Source of the DNA: an uncultured Pseudomonadota bacterium
GTDB taxonomy: Bacteria > Oederibacteriota > Muellerivitia > Muellerivitales > Muellerivitaceae
Reading direction: 5' to 3'
Assembly (NCBI GenBank): GCA_963836235.1
Contig: CAWIIP010000002.1
Location: 1,760,001-1,824,000, forward strand
DNA length: 64,000 nt
Below are positions 49,383-58,260 of this stretch, in pieces. Made by a program: the position numbers and the translations under genes. Each line of letters starts with the position of its first letter. Within the stretch, counting starts at the first letter, position 1. Below the pieces are notes generated by a model. The model was not told where the DNA came from. It saw nothing but the letters and a program-made list of their open reading frames with translations, and did no database searches.

Positions 49383-51718
49383 TTCGCGTCCAACACCTTG
49401 CGGACCCGCTCCGCCAGCTCGTCGTTGGAAAAGGGTTTTTGGATCAAATGGATGGCTAGGTCGATCGTTCCCTCCTCGGACAACACATCCAGCGGATAGC
49501 CGGACATGTAGAGGACAACCATTTTAGGCCTGGTTTTCTTCAACTGGTCCGCCAGTTCCTTGCCGTTCATCTTGGGCATGACGGTGTCGGTCAATAAAAG
49601 GTGGATGACGTCCCCGTACGTCTCCGCCTGCTGGACCGCTTCCACGCCGTTGCGCGCCTGCAGGACGCGGTAGCCGCGGTGCTCCAGCGCCCGTACCATG
49701 ACTTTGCGTACCTGTTCCTCATCCTCCGCCACGAGGACGGTCTCCGATCCGCCGATGGAGGGGGACTCCGCCTTGGGCAGGGCGGCCGCCCCGGCCACTT
49801 CCTTGGCGGCGGGTAAATAAATGGTAAAGGTAGTCCCCATGCCCGGGGCGCTGTAGACCCAGAGATACCCCCCCCATTGGTGCACGATGCCGTAAACGGT
49901 CGCCAAGCCCAGGCCCGTTCCTTTTTCCCCCTTGGTGGTGAAAAAGGGCTCGAAGAGATGCTTCTGGGTTTCGTCGTCCATCCCGGTGCCCGTGTCCGTC
50001 ACCGAAAGGCTCACATAGGCGCCGGAGGGGATAGTGACTCCCTTAATCTCGAGGGCCCCGGCCAGCTCGATGTTTTTAGTGGCCAGCATCAGCTTTCCCC
50101 CCTTCGGCATGGCGTCCCGGGCGTTCAAGACCAGGTTCAGGATGACCTGCTGGATTTGGCCCGGGTCGGCCTTGACCGACCTCAAGTTCTTCTCCTGGAC
50201 GAGGTCGAAGTTTATGGAAGCGTCGATCAGGCGCTTGAACATCAGGCTCATTTCCGAGCCCATTTCATTGAGGTCGACAAGCTGGGGCTGGGAAATCTGT
50301 TTTTTCCCGAAAGCCAGCAGTTGGCGCGTCAAGTCGGCCCCCCTTTTGACCGCCTTCTCGATTTCCTCCACGTCCAAAAGATGGGGATCGCCCGGCGCCA
50401 GGGCGGCCTTGAGAAAACCGCTGTTCCCCCCGATGGCGCTCAGGAGATTATTGAAGTCGTGGGCCACGCCCCCGGCCAAACGCCCCAGGGCGTCCAGTTT
50501 TTGCGACAGCCGCATCTGCTCCTCGTGTTTTTTCTGGGTTTCCAGGGCGTTCTTTTTCTCCGTGATGTCCCGCGAGATGGAGGAAACGCCGACGATTTTT
50601 CCCAGGGCGTCCTTGATGGGCGACACGGTGACGGCCACTTCGACCATCTCCCCATTCCTCTTCAACAGCGTCGTTTCATAGTTCGAAACGTTCTCCTCTT
50701 TGGTAGCCAGGGCCCTTACTTTTTCCATTTCCATCTTGCGGTCGGTGGGGACGAGGAGGGCGGTGTTTTCCCCCAGGATTTCCTCCGAATGGTAGCCGAA
50801 CATGGTTTCGGCGGCGTGGTTCCAACTGAAAATCTTCCCGTCCAGGTCGCTGCCGATGACGGCGTCGGTGGTCTGTTCCAAAATAGAGGCCAATTGGGAG
50901 AGCGTTTCCTCGGACTTGCGGCGCTCGGTGATGTCCAGGGCCATGCCCATGTTGCCCAGCAGGTTCCCCTTCGAGTCCCGCATGGGGGTGACGTACCATT
51001 CGCACAGGATGGTCTTGCCGTCCTTGCGACGGTGCGCTGAGACCTCCCCCTGAATGGTCTTATCGCCTTTTTGAAGCCGCTCATAGCTGGCCTCGGCCCG
51101 GGATAAGTCGGACGGCGAGATCAGGGTTTCCTCCAGCTTCTTGCCCCGTACTTCATTGAAGAAATAGCCGAAGGTCCGCTCGGCCGCCGGGTTCCAATAG
51201 GTGAAGTGGTTGTCCTTGTCGGCGAGCACGCAGGCAATGGGCATGCATTCCATCTGCAATTGGAGCCGTTCCAAAAGTTCGCTCTTTTCCGCCAAAAGCC
51301 TTTCCTTCACGGCTTCGGCCCTCTCGCTTTCATTGATGTCACGGGCGATCACGGCGGCACCAACGACCCGGTTTTGAGGTTCCTCCAGCGGAGAAACGGT
51401 CAGCGAGAGGAGGACTTCCTTTCCGCTCTTGGGCTGGTGGCTGGTGAGGAAGTTAGCCACCGCTTTTCCTTCCCGGATGGACTCCAAAATCCGTGGAAAC
51501 TCGACCAGGCGGTCCGCCGGGACGATCATGGAAAGGTTTTGGCCGATGATTTCTTTGGGCGTGAAGCCGTAAATCCGTTGGGCGCCGGGGTTCCAGCTTA
51601 ATAAGATGCCGTCCAGGGAGACCGAGTAGATGGCGTCGTTGGAGGATTCGACGATGGAAGCCAGCCGGGCCGCGTCATCGGCGCTGTTTTTATTTTCGAC
51701 GACATTCCCGCTTTTCAT
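49379..51718 (-). CDS. PAS x3 hybrid sensor histidine kinase (CckA-like) with REC
   Basis: Three PAS (WN.AA/GA..FG), AHDFNNLL, NARDAM, DTGTGM, FFTTK..GTGLGL, C-terminal REC. Confidence 0.95.
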   Translation of the reverse strand: MKSGNVVENKNSADDAARLASIVESSNDAIYSVSLDGILLSWNPGAQRIYGFTPKEIIGQNLSMIVPADRLVEFPRILESIREGKAVANFLTSHQPKSGKEVLLSLTVSPLEEPQNRVVGAAVIARDINESERAEAVKERLLAEKSELLERLQLQMECMPIACVLADKDNHFTYWNPAAERTFGYFFNEVRGKKLEETLISPSDLSRAEASYERLQKGDKTIQGEVSAHRRKDGKTILCEWYVTPMRDSKGNLLGNMGMALDITERRKSEETLSQLASILEQTTDAVIGSDLDGKIFSWNHAAETMFGYHSEEILGENTALLVPTDRKMEMEKVRALATKEENVSNYETTLLKRNGEMVEVAVTVSPIKDALGKIVGVSSISRDITEKKNALETQKKHEEQMRLSQKLDALGRLAGGVAHDFNNLLSAIGGNSGFLKAALAPGDPHLLDVEEIEKAVKRGADLTRQLLAFGKKQISQPQLVDLNEMGSEMSLMFKRLIDASINFDLVQEKNLRSVKADPGQIQQVILNLVLNARDAMPKGGKLMLATKNIELAGALEIKGVTIPSGAYVSLSVTDTGTGMDDETQKHLFEPFFTTKGEKGTGLGLATVYGIVHQWGGYLWVYSAPGMGTTFTIYLPAAKEVAGAAALPKAESPSIGGSETVLVAEDEEQVRKVMVRALEHRGYRVLQARNGVEAVQQAETYGDVIHLLLTDTVMPKMNGKELADQLKKTRPKMVVLYMSGYPLDVLSEEGTIDLAIHLIQKPFSNDELAERVRKVLDAK

Positions 51719-51785
51719 GAAAGCCCCTTTGAAGGAGATTGAGCCCCTTTTCGGGGCATCCGCAAACTAATTGCACAGGCAATAA

Positions 51786-51802
51786 GGCAAGAAGCAAGCC
51801 AC
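51786..51802 (-). promoter_or_regulatory. Sigma54 promoter for the kinase/response-regulator operon
   Basis: Minus strand GTGGCTTGCTTCTTGCC, GG-N10-GC. Confidence 0.6.
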
Positions 51803-51861
51803 GACTTGGGCAGGACCCATATCGTTTTTATGCGTTTCGATGGCCCGGACTTCCAGGAGTG

Positions 51862-51894
51862 ATCAAAACGAGAATTTTTAAGATCATTTTGATC
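51862..51894. promoter_or_regulatory. Paired upstream activator site (copy 2), between divergent sigma54 promoters
   Basis: ATCAAAACGAGAA-N8-ATCATTTTGATC. Confidence 0.7.
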
Positions 51895-52000
51895 GCTCGT
51901 TTCCCGGGCAGGCCTCTTTCAAGTGGAACCTCAAAACCAGCCGTTCTATCTTTTCGAGGCGGGCGGAGGATTTGGAACGATTCCCGTGGGGAAATTCCCA

Positions 52001-52016
52001 CGGTATGGAACTTGCC
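52001..52016 (+). promoter_or_regulatory. Sigma54 promoter for the rhodanese gene
   Basis: CGGTATGGAACTTGCC, GG-N10-GC; overlapped by the dyad CCGTGGG-N6-CCCACGG (51984-52003). Confidence 0.6.
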
Positions 52017-52064
52017 TTAAGGCATGGCATTAGCTCGTAAAAAAATTAAAAAGAGGTAAAAAAC

Positions 52065-52496
52065 ATGTCGATGACCAAAGAAGCAGTCAAGGACAAGATG
52101 AACGATAAGAACACCCTGGTATTGAACGTCCTGCCGGAAACGGATTTCGCGAAGCTCCACATCAAGGGCTCGGAAAACCTTCCGATGGGACTCAACACGG
52201 CCGATTTCGTCCAGGCGGTCGAGAAAAAATACGGGAAAGACAAGTTCATCATCACCTATTGCGCCGGTTTGACCTGCAACGCAGGCCCGAGCGCGGCCAA
52301 GGCCCTGCAGGAAAAGGGCTTCAAGGCGAATGACTATGCCGGCGGAACCCAGGAATGGTCCGAAGCGGGCTTTCCCACCGAGGGAACCGAAGCGAAGAAC
52401 GTAGCGGCAGTCCCAGCGGCCACGGCAGCTACTCCCGTAGCGACGACCGTTCCGGCACCAGCAGTAGCGGCCGTACCCGCAGGAGCAGCGAAGTAG
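52065..52496 (+). CDS. Rhodanese-like domain protein with Ala/Pro/Thr-rich tail
   Basis: HIKGS.N, YCAGLTC active loop, Y.GG..EW..AG.P. Confidence 0.88.
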   Translation: MSMTKEAVKDKMNDKNTLVLNVLPETDFAKLHIKGSENLPMGLNTADFVQAVEKKYGKDKFIITYCAGLTCNAGPSAAKALQEKGFKANDYAGGTQEWSEAGFPTEGTEAKNVAAVPAATAATPVATTVPAPAVAAVPAGAAK

Positions 52497-52506
52497 TTTT
52501 TTCTTT

Positions 52507-52545
52507 GAAGGCCCGCGGTCCCAAGGGGGAGCGCGGGCTTTCTTT
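52507..52545 (+). terminator. Intrinsic terminator after rhodanese
   Basis: GAAGGCCCGCG..CGCGGGCTTTC hairpin followed by TTT. Confidence 0.6.
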
Positions 52546-52609
52546 AAACGTCCGTTGTGGCTTCAAATGAAACTCAAATTAATGAGAATGCAGGAAGAAA
52601 GATAAAAAA

Positions 52610-53164
52610 ATGAAAAAGCTTGCTTTGACAGCCGGTTATTTGCTTGTTTTAGCCTTCGCGAATTCTTTCGCGATCGCCGATGGAGTCGCGCCTGGATTGC
52701 CCGCCCCGCAAATTGGAGTAGAGGGTGGGTTCAACGTCGCGAGCCTGAACGGCCCGGTGGGTGATGTGTACGCCTCCCGTTTGGGATTCGTGGGCGGAGC
52801 TTTCCTGAACTTGCCCCTTGGGCCGACGCTGGCGTTTCAGCCGGAGCTTCTTTACGAACAGAAGGGCGGGCAGGTCAACGGCAATCCTTACCGGCTGGAC
52901 TATGTGGAAGTCCCGGTTCTCCTGGACGTTTCCTTACTGGGGCCCTTGGGAATTCTTTTGGGGCCTTCCTTCGCCGCCAACGTGGACAATCAGGGCGTGA
53001 ACAATCCCAACAGCACGGACGTGGGACTGATCCTGGGCGCCCAATTGGATCTTCTGCCGATTCTTCTCAGCTGCCGCTATGAAGTGGGATTGACGGACGT
53101 GACTACCGATGCCAACGTCCAAAACGGCACCTTCACCTTTTTGGCGGGGCTGTCGTTTATTTAA
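52610..53164 (+). CDS. Small outer-membrane beta-barrel (PorT/OMP_b-brl_2-like)
   Basis: Signal peptide, 'FQPELLYEQKG', 'LDYVEVP', 'RYEVGLTD' motifs. Confidence 0.8.
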   Translation: MKKLALTAGYLLVLAFANSFAIADGVAPGLPAPQIGVEGGFNVASLNGPVGDVYASRLGFVGGAFLNLPLGPTLAFQPELLYEQKGGQVNGNPYRLDYVEVPVLLDVSLLGPLGILLGPSFAANVDNQGVNNPNSTDVGLILGAQLDLLPILLSCRYEVGLTDVTTDANVQNGTFTFLAGLSFI

Positions 53165-53225
53165 TAGCCGGGAGAAAAAGTTCAAGAGGTTTTGACTTAG
53201 ACGTTCCATCAAAAAGGAAAAGAAA

Positions 53226-53825
53226 ATGTATACCGCGAAAAACTACGACCGGCTGCTGGGCATCCGGGGATTCAGCGACAAACTGCTGAAAGCCCATTTC
53301 AAGCTCTATGAAGGGTACGTCGCCCACATCAACAAGATGATCGACTACCTCAAGGGGGCGGATAAAGAGACCCAGGAATATGACGAAGTCAAAAGAAGGT
53401 TCGGCTGGGAGTTCAACGGTATGCGGCTCCACGAGGCCTATTTCGGGAACATGACGGCGAAGCCCGCCGAACTGGACCCGGACTCGGATTTGGGCGTCCA
53501 GATCGCGGAGTCCTTCGGGTCCATCGAGGCCTGGAAGAAGGATTTCAAGGCGGTTTCCGCGATGCGGGGCATCGGCTGGGCGGTTCTGGCCTGGGACCCG
53601 GAGGGGCATCAGCTCTTCAACGTTTGGATCAACGAGCACGACGCGGGGCACCTGGTTTACTGCGTGTCTATCCTGGTCAACGACGTTTTCGAGCACGCCT
53701 ACCTGGCGGATTACGGTTCGGAGCGGAAAGATTATATCGAAGCCTTCCTGAAGGTGGTTGACTGGGGCGAAGCACAGAAAAGATTCACCGGCATGGCCAA
53801 GCTGACGATCTCCCATGCCTATTGA
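53226..53825 (+). CDS. Fe/Mn superoxide dismutase family protein (atypical subfamily)
   Basis: H..LYEGYV, NGMRLHE.YF, FGS, GIGWA, DVFEHAY metal ligands. Confidence 0.88.
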   Translation: MYTAKNYDRLLGIRGFSDKLLKAHFKLYEGYVAHINKMIDYLKGADKETQEYDEVKRRFGWEFNGMRLHEAYFGNMTAKPAELDPDSDLGVQIAESFGSIEAWKKDFKAVSAMRGIGWAVLAWDPEGHQLFNVWINEHDAGHLVYCVSILVNDVFEHAYLADYGSERKDYIEAFLKVVDWGEAQKRFTGMAKLTISHAY

Positions 53826-54099
53826 CCTCAAAGGGGATTGGATCGTGAAAAACCCGAAACCTTTTTCGAAGCGGAAAGTCACGGGCTATCCGCTGACGGT
53901 TCGGAAAGGCGGGGCGGCCCTCCCGGTTTCCGGGCCGGCCGAGGCAAACTATGGTTACGACGCTCCCGCCGACCGGACCGAGATTTTATGGAAATGCCTG
54001 GAATGCGGGGAACTGAAGCCTCGAACCAAGTGGGTCCTGGGCCCCTGCCCCTCCTGTGGCGCGCCGAAATCCCAATTCGTACTGGTGGACGAAGATTGA
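53815..54099 (+). CDS. Rubredoxin-like CxxC/CPxC protein
   Basis: WKCLECGE....CPSCGAPKSQF; start uncertain (53815 or GTG 53845). Confidence 0.7.
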   Translation: MPIDLKGDWIVKNPKPFSKRKVTGYPLTVRKGGAALPVSGPAEANYGYDAPADRTEILWKCLECGELKPRTKWVLGPCPSCGAPKSQFVLVDED

Positions 54100-54274
54100 T
54101 CCTTAATAACATGAAAAACTACAACGAAATCTTCTTGGCCGCGCAGACCGCCTCTGCCGTGAAGTTCCCGCTCGTGCCGACCAACTTGAAAAAATATTTC
54201 TTGAAAAAGCGTGACCCGCGAAGAATCACGAAAGCCAAAAGTTGAGAGAAGGGTCCGGTGCGTGAATTTTCCGA

Positions 54275-54290
54275 CGGCACGTTCCTTGCT
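54275..54290 (+). promoter_or_regulatory. Near-consensus sigma54 promoter
   Basis: CGGCACGTTCCTTGCT vs consensus TGGCAC-N5-TTGC. Confidence 0.75.
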
Positions 54291-54368
54291 TTAAACATGC
54301 TTGTTGATGTCATCAAAAGGGCCGACCTTAGCGGGCATCGGCACTTTACTTTTAATGGGAGGTGTTGA

Positions 54369-54569
54369 ATGAAGTCTAGGAACTTAGGAATCCTCGCCCT
54401 TTTGACGGTGATCATTGGAGCGATTGTATCGGGTTGTTATCCCTATCATCGGGGCGTGGGAGTCGATATCGCGGTTCACGATAATCGGTGGCATTACGAC
54501 CATGATTATGACGATAACTGGCGCGCCCACCACGCGTGGCATGATGACCGGCATGACTGGGATCATTGA
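54369..54569 (+). CDS. Small His/Asp/Trp-rich lipoprotein
   Basis: GGAGG RBS, lipobox VSG-C, tail HDNRWHYDHDYDDNWRAHHAWHDDRHDWDH; own promoter and terminator. Confidence 0.75.
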   Translation: MKSRNLGILALLTVIIGAIVSGCYPYHRGVGVDIAVHDNRWHYDHDYDDNWRAHHAWHDDRHDWDH

Positions 54570-54621
54570 CCCCCGGTAAAAGGGAACATATCTGTTCCCG
54601 ACGATTGCAATAGATTTGATC

Positions 54622-54656
54622 AAACCGCTCAACCTCAAGGTTGGGCGGTTTTTTTT
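54622..54656 (+). terminator. Intrinsic terminator
   Basis: AAACCGCTCAACC-TCAA-GGTTGGGCGGTTT followed by a T-run. Confidence 0.85.
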
Positions 54657-54691
54657 GACCTGTTCCGGAACAATCGCCGGTTTTAAAAGGA

Positions 54692-54725
54692 ATCAAAGTG
54701 AGAATTTAAAAATATCATTTTGATC
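54692..54725. promoter_or_regulatory. Paired upstream activator site (copy 3)
   Basis: ATCAAAGTGAGAA-N9-ATCATTTTGATC. Confidence 0.7.
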
Positions 54726-54765
54726 TTTCGGAGGGCGACGGCCCTTGGAATCGCCACGGTTTTCA

Positions 54766-54781
54766 GGGCCCGATTCTTGCT
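54766..54781 (+). promoter_or_regulatory. Sigma54 promoter for the 54838+ operon
   Basis: GGGCCCGATTCTTGCT, GG-N10-GC. Confidence 0.6.
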
Positions 54782-54837
54782 TTAACAGTGTCTTGAACCA
54801 GCTGTTTCACACCTGAACATTCAACAAGGAGAGTTTC

Positions 54838-55073
54838 ATGCCTCACTGGGAAATGAACCAATGGGTCGGAAATTGCAAAACCAACCAAGTGGGAACCATC
54901 GCTTCCGACATTTTAAAGGCGGCGGCGGGGACTTCAAGGGTTACCTCATTGTCGTGGAAGAGAAGCGTTATGAAATTTGGGATGAGACAACCTTGGTCTT
55001 GATTCCACGGGAGTCGGTGAAACCCGCCCCGCTGGCCCTGGTTCCAACCGGAGCTTCGGGGGACAAAACATGA
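54838..55073 (+). pseudogene. Frameshifted microprotein gene (paralog of 59412..59621); either a -1 programmed frameshift or a 1-bp deletion
   Basis: AAGGAG RBS; 0-frame ..VGNCKTNQVGTIASDILK and -1 frame GGGGDFKGYL..YEIWDETTLVL both align to the paralog; junction at T TTA AAG (54912-54918). Confidence 0.75.
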
Positions 55074-55282
55074 TCGGGGGATATTTGCTTTTGTTCATTT
55101 TCCTTTCCGATCTATGGGCCATCTCCACGATCTTCAACAGCGGCGCGCCCCCGGGTTCCAAGGTTTTTTGGTGTCTTCTGGTTTTATTGATCCCGGTTTT
55201 GGGATTCATTGTTTCCTATTTGGCCGGCCCTGAGGACAAGTCTCTCTTGAACGTGGTTAAAAAAACTATTTCTGAAGTGTAG
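55070..55282 (+). CDS. PLDc N-terminal-domain small membrane protein
   Basis: D.WAI..I..S......K..W.LLVLL.PVLG...Y.AG pattern. Confidence 0.8.
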   Translation: MIGGYLLLFIFLSDLWAISTIFNSGAPPGSKVFWCLLVLLIPVLGFIVSYLAGPEDKSLLNVVKKTISEV

Positions 55283-55311
55283 GCAGTCAAAACTCTAAAG
55301 GAGATTGCGTC

Positions 55312-56079
55312 ATGAAAAATCCAGTATGGGTGATGTTCGCGGTGACCGGGTTGGTGGCTCTTTTGTCTCCCGGGGTTTGGGCCGATCCGGTGGTGGGTTC
55401 CCCGACCGTTACCCACTTCAGCGGCAACCAGTTACAGCAGGGTTCTACCCAATGGTACGAAAAGCCGGCCACCCTTGTGGGTCCGGCGCAGGAGATCGGC
55501 GCCAAGGGCGGTAGGCTCCTGGTCCTACAGACGGGGAGCGTTCTTTACATGGAAGGCGATTCGACCTTGCACAAGTACCAGATGAACGCCAACGCCCTGC
55601 TCGGGTCCGCGGTGGTGAAGGCCCGGGAGGATGAAGACCTTTTGAAAGCCCTCCAGGCTGGACGGGCCGGTTCCATTGTTTTGACCATCCCCGTCGTGAA
55701 TTTCAAATCACGGGAAAAGGGCCTGGACGACAACGCTGATAAGGCCCTCAAAGCCGTAGAAAACCCCAATATCCAGTTTGTGTTGAAGAGTGAAAGCCTC
55801 AAGGCGGGCAAGGAAATGGGTTCCAACCTCCTTACAGCCATAGGAAACCTGACGGTGGCGGGAACCTCCATTCCCGTCACCTTGTCCGGCGACGCCGTGA
55901 TCCAGGGAGAGCGGGTCGAGTTTAAAGGGGTCCAAAACCTGAAGATGAGCGATTTTAAAATCACTCCTCCTTCCGTTTCCATTTTGATCGTCTCCATCAC
56001 CTGCAAGGACGAAATCACGGTCCATTACGATGTTATCTTTGGGCCGAAGAATAAAAGCCGTACAGAAACGAAAAAGTAA
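55312..56079 (+). CDS. YceI-family exported lipid/quinone-binding protein
   Basis: Signal peptide, GDSTLH, LD......LK....P.I.F, G.LTVAG, KMSDF.I.PP. Confidence 0.8.
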   Translation: MKNPVWVMFAVTGLVALLSPGVWADPVVGSPTVTHFSGNQLQQGSTQWYEKPATLVGPAQEIGAKGGRLLVLQTGSVLYMEGDSTLHKYQMNANALLGSAVVKAREDEDLLKALQAGRAGSIVLTIPVVNFKSREKGLDDNADKALKAVENPNIQFVLKSESLKAGKEMGSNLLTAIGNLTVAGTSIPVTLSGDAVIQGERVEFKGVQNLKMSDFKITPPSVSILIVSITCKDEITVHYDVIFGPKNKSRTETKK

Positions 56080-56108
56080 GAGGCCTTTTAAAAAACATAG
56101 GAGAAGAA

Positions 56109-57512
56109 ATGAAAAAATCACAGAAGTGGATGTTCGTGGCCGCCTTGATCTTGGGATTCTCCACCCGGGGGAAAGCCGCTGAAATTTTTAAAAACGACGA
56201 TTTGGACTTGAGCATCGGAGGACGGTTCCAGGAACTGGGTGAATTGGATTATGTCAGCGACGAAACGGTCCGCGACAAAGCCCAGGTTTACCTGTTCAAT
56301 GTTGAGGACCGATTGATCCTCTCGGGCGACTACAAAGGCTACCTCTTCCACTTCGAGGAAGCTTTGGGTGGAGAAGACATCAACAGCAGCAATAATAACT
56401 TGGGCCTGCTGGAATACAACGTGGACATTCCGGTGATTCCCGATATGGCCTATGTGAAAGTCGGCCAATTCAAGGTTCCGACTAATTTGGAAAGCGCCTA
56501 TTACGAGGGCAACCAGCTCTTTACCGGTCATTCGGACCTCATGAACCTGTTTTTTAACCAAGGTTACGACAACGGCCTCTCCCTTTGGGGCCGTTTGGGG
56601 ATGATGGATTTCGCGGGAGGCGTGTTGAGCGGCGCGCCTGATCTGCCCCAGCGTTATTTGCCGGAACTTTTCGAGTTTCCCCCGCTGATGTTTTTGCGGA
56701 TCGGGTTCAACGACGGCATTTCGGACGATCCCTTCCATCAAATGCAGACGGGATTCGCCAAGCCGACACAAACCGAATTCGCCATGCACGTGAACGGCGA
56801 ATACGAGAATGACAGCAACGCGGGCCATTCCACCGACCTGAGTCTGGAGTCTTCTTACCTGACGACCTTCTCGGCGAACAGCCCCTATGGTAATGCGCTC
56901 TTAACGTCGATTTTCAATCCCTACTTGAGCGCCGCCGGAATCGCTCCGGTTCACGCGAGCTATTGGAACGCCAGCTTTGATACCCAGTTCCGGACGCCGA
57001 TGGGAGACACAACCTTTACCTTGGCGGCCCAAGTTAATATTGCGGGCTATAAGTCCACCCTGCCCACGCCGATTGCCCTGCCGGGCGGCGCCATGGTTTC
57101 CTCTGGATCATTAAATATCGGCGGCGGCGAATTGATCGCCTCGATGGGGGACAAACCCTGGGAATTGGCGGGCCGTTTCGCGGTGGTGATCCCCGACACC
57201 AATATGATTTCCGCCTTCACTCCCACCGCCGGTCCCTTAAAAGGCATACCCCAGGTCGAGAGCATGGGAAGCAATCCCATATTCGAAGTCACTTTCCCTT
57301 CGGTCACCCTGCATATGAACGAGGACACAAAGATCGTGGCGGAAACCCAATTCTTGATCCAAGCGCCGGAAGTCACTTCCACGCCGGCCAACTCCACCTC
57401 GGGCGACGGCACCTATTTGATCACCCAAATGCCGTCCCAGTTTGGCGGCGGCGTGGAAAGCCGGGGCGCTTTTGTGCCGATCGGCAACATGGAAATGCAG
57501 TTTAGTTTCTAA
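56109..57512 (+). CDS. Outer-membrane porin-like beta-barrel
   Basis: Signal peptide, 'VKVGQFKVP' (porin O/P-like), amphipathic strands, terminal 'MQFSF'. Confidence 0.7.
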   Translation: MKKSQKWMFVAALILGFSTRGKAAEIFKNDDLDLSIGGRFQELGELDYVSDETVRDKAQVYLFNVEDRLILSGDYKGYLFHFEEALGGEDINSSNNNLGLLEYNVDIPVIPDMAYVKVGQFKVPTNLESAYYEGNQLFTGHSDLMNLFFNQGYDNGLSLWGRLGMMDFAGGVLSGAPDLPQRYLPELFEFPPLMFLRIGFNDGISDDPFHQMQTGFAKPTQTEFAMHVNGEYENDSNAGHSTDLSLESSYLTTFSANSPYGNALLTSIFNPYLSAAGIAPVHASYWNASFDTQFRTPMGDTTFTLAAQVNIAGYKSTLPTPIALPGGAMVSSGSLNIGGGELIASMGDKPWELAGRFAVVIPDTNMISAFTPTAGPLKGIPQVESMGSNPIFEVTFPSVTLHMNEDTKIVAETQFLIQAPEVTSTPANSTSGDGTYLITQMPSQFGGGVESRGAFVPIGNMEMQFSF

Positions 57513-57593
57513 CGAAAATCAGAGAACGTGGCCCTCGAAAGGACAAGGCAATGGATCTTCTGAGGGTCTTTTTTCAAGGAAGGATCCGAAATC

Positions 57594-58205
57594 ATGATGA
57601 CCAAGCCCCCAAACAGAATCCTTCACGGGATTCTTCCTGGTGCTTTGTTGACGGCGCTCTGCGCCGCGTTCTTTCCCAGCGCGGGGTTCGCCGCCGATCC
57701 CGTTTCTCTCGTTTTCCAGGGGAAAGACCGTTCCTACGAGATGGCGGGGTCTTTTGAGGTGGAAGCCGACCCGGCGGTTGCCTGGTGTGTCCTGACGGGT
57801 TACGAACAACTCACCCGGTTCGTTGGAAATTTGAAAAGGAGCCGGGTGGAAAAGGACTTGGGACCCCACCATTTTCTTTTGGAGCAGGAGTTCGAGGGCG
57901 GGTTCCTTTTCATCACCAAAAGGGTCCGGGTCCTCCTGGACGTCCATGAGACCGAAGACCGGTCCATCGATTTCACGGATATCGATGGCAAGGATTTTAA
58001 GTTTTACCAGGGTTCCTGGAACCTGTCGCCGGGGGCGGAAAAGGGGTTGAACATCACTTACCGGTTGAAAGCCGAGCAAAATTTTGACGCCCCCTTTGCC
58101 GGGGACTATACGCGCGGCGGTGTGAAGGACCTGCTAGAGGCCGTGCGCCGGGAAATCCTCCGGCGCCAGGCGGAAAAAACGAAGGGAGACCACCGTCCCG
58201 GTTGA
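57594..58205 (+). CDS. SRPBCC/polyketide-cyclase family protein with signal peptide
   Basis: 'A.W.VLT.YE.L..FV.NL..SRV' and 'DFK.YQGSW.L' motifs. Confidence 0.8.
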   Translation: MMTKPPNRILHGILPGALLTALCAAFFPSAGFAADPVSLVFQGKDRSYEMAGSFEVEADPAVAWCVLTGYEQLTRFVGNLKRSRVEKDLGPHHFLLEQEFEGGFLFITKRVRVLLDVHETEDRSIDFTDIDGKDFKFYQGSWNLSPGAEKGLNITYRLKAEQNFDAPFAGDYTRGGVKDLLEAVRREILRRQAEKTKGDHRPG

Positions 58206-58260
58206 ACGGGTTGGAGCGAGCCATCGTTTGAAGCGAAACAACAAATAAAAAGGAGTTGTT

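Noticed and set aside
52065-53825. Chromate-resistance cluster (ChrE-like rhodanese + ChrC-like SOD)
   Set aside because: No chrA transporter or chrB regulator in the window
54111-54245. 44-aa ORF MKNYNEIF.. after the rubredoxin-like gene
   Set aside because: No clear RBS or motif; it may simply be promoter-upstream sequence
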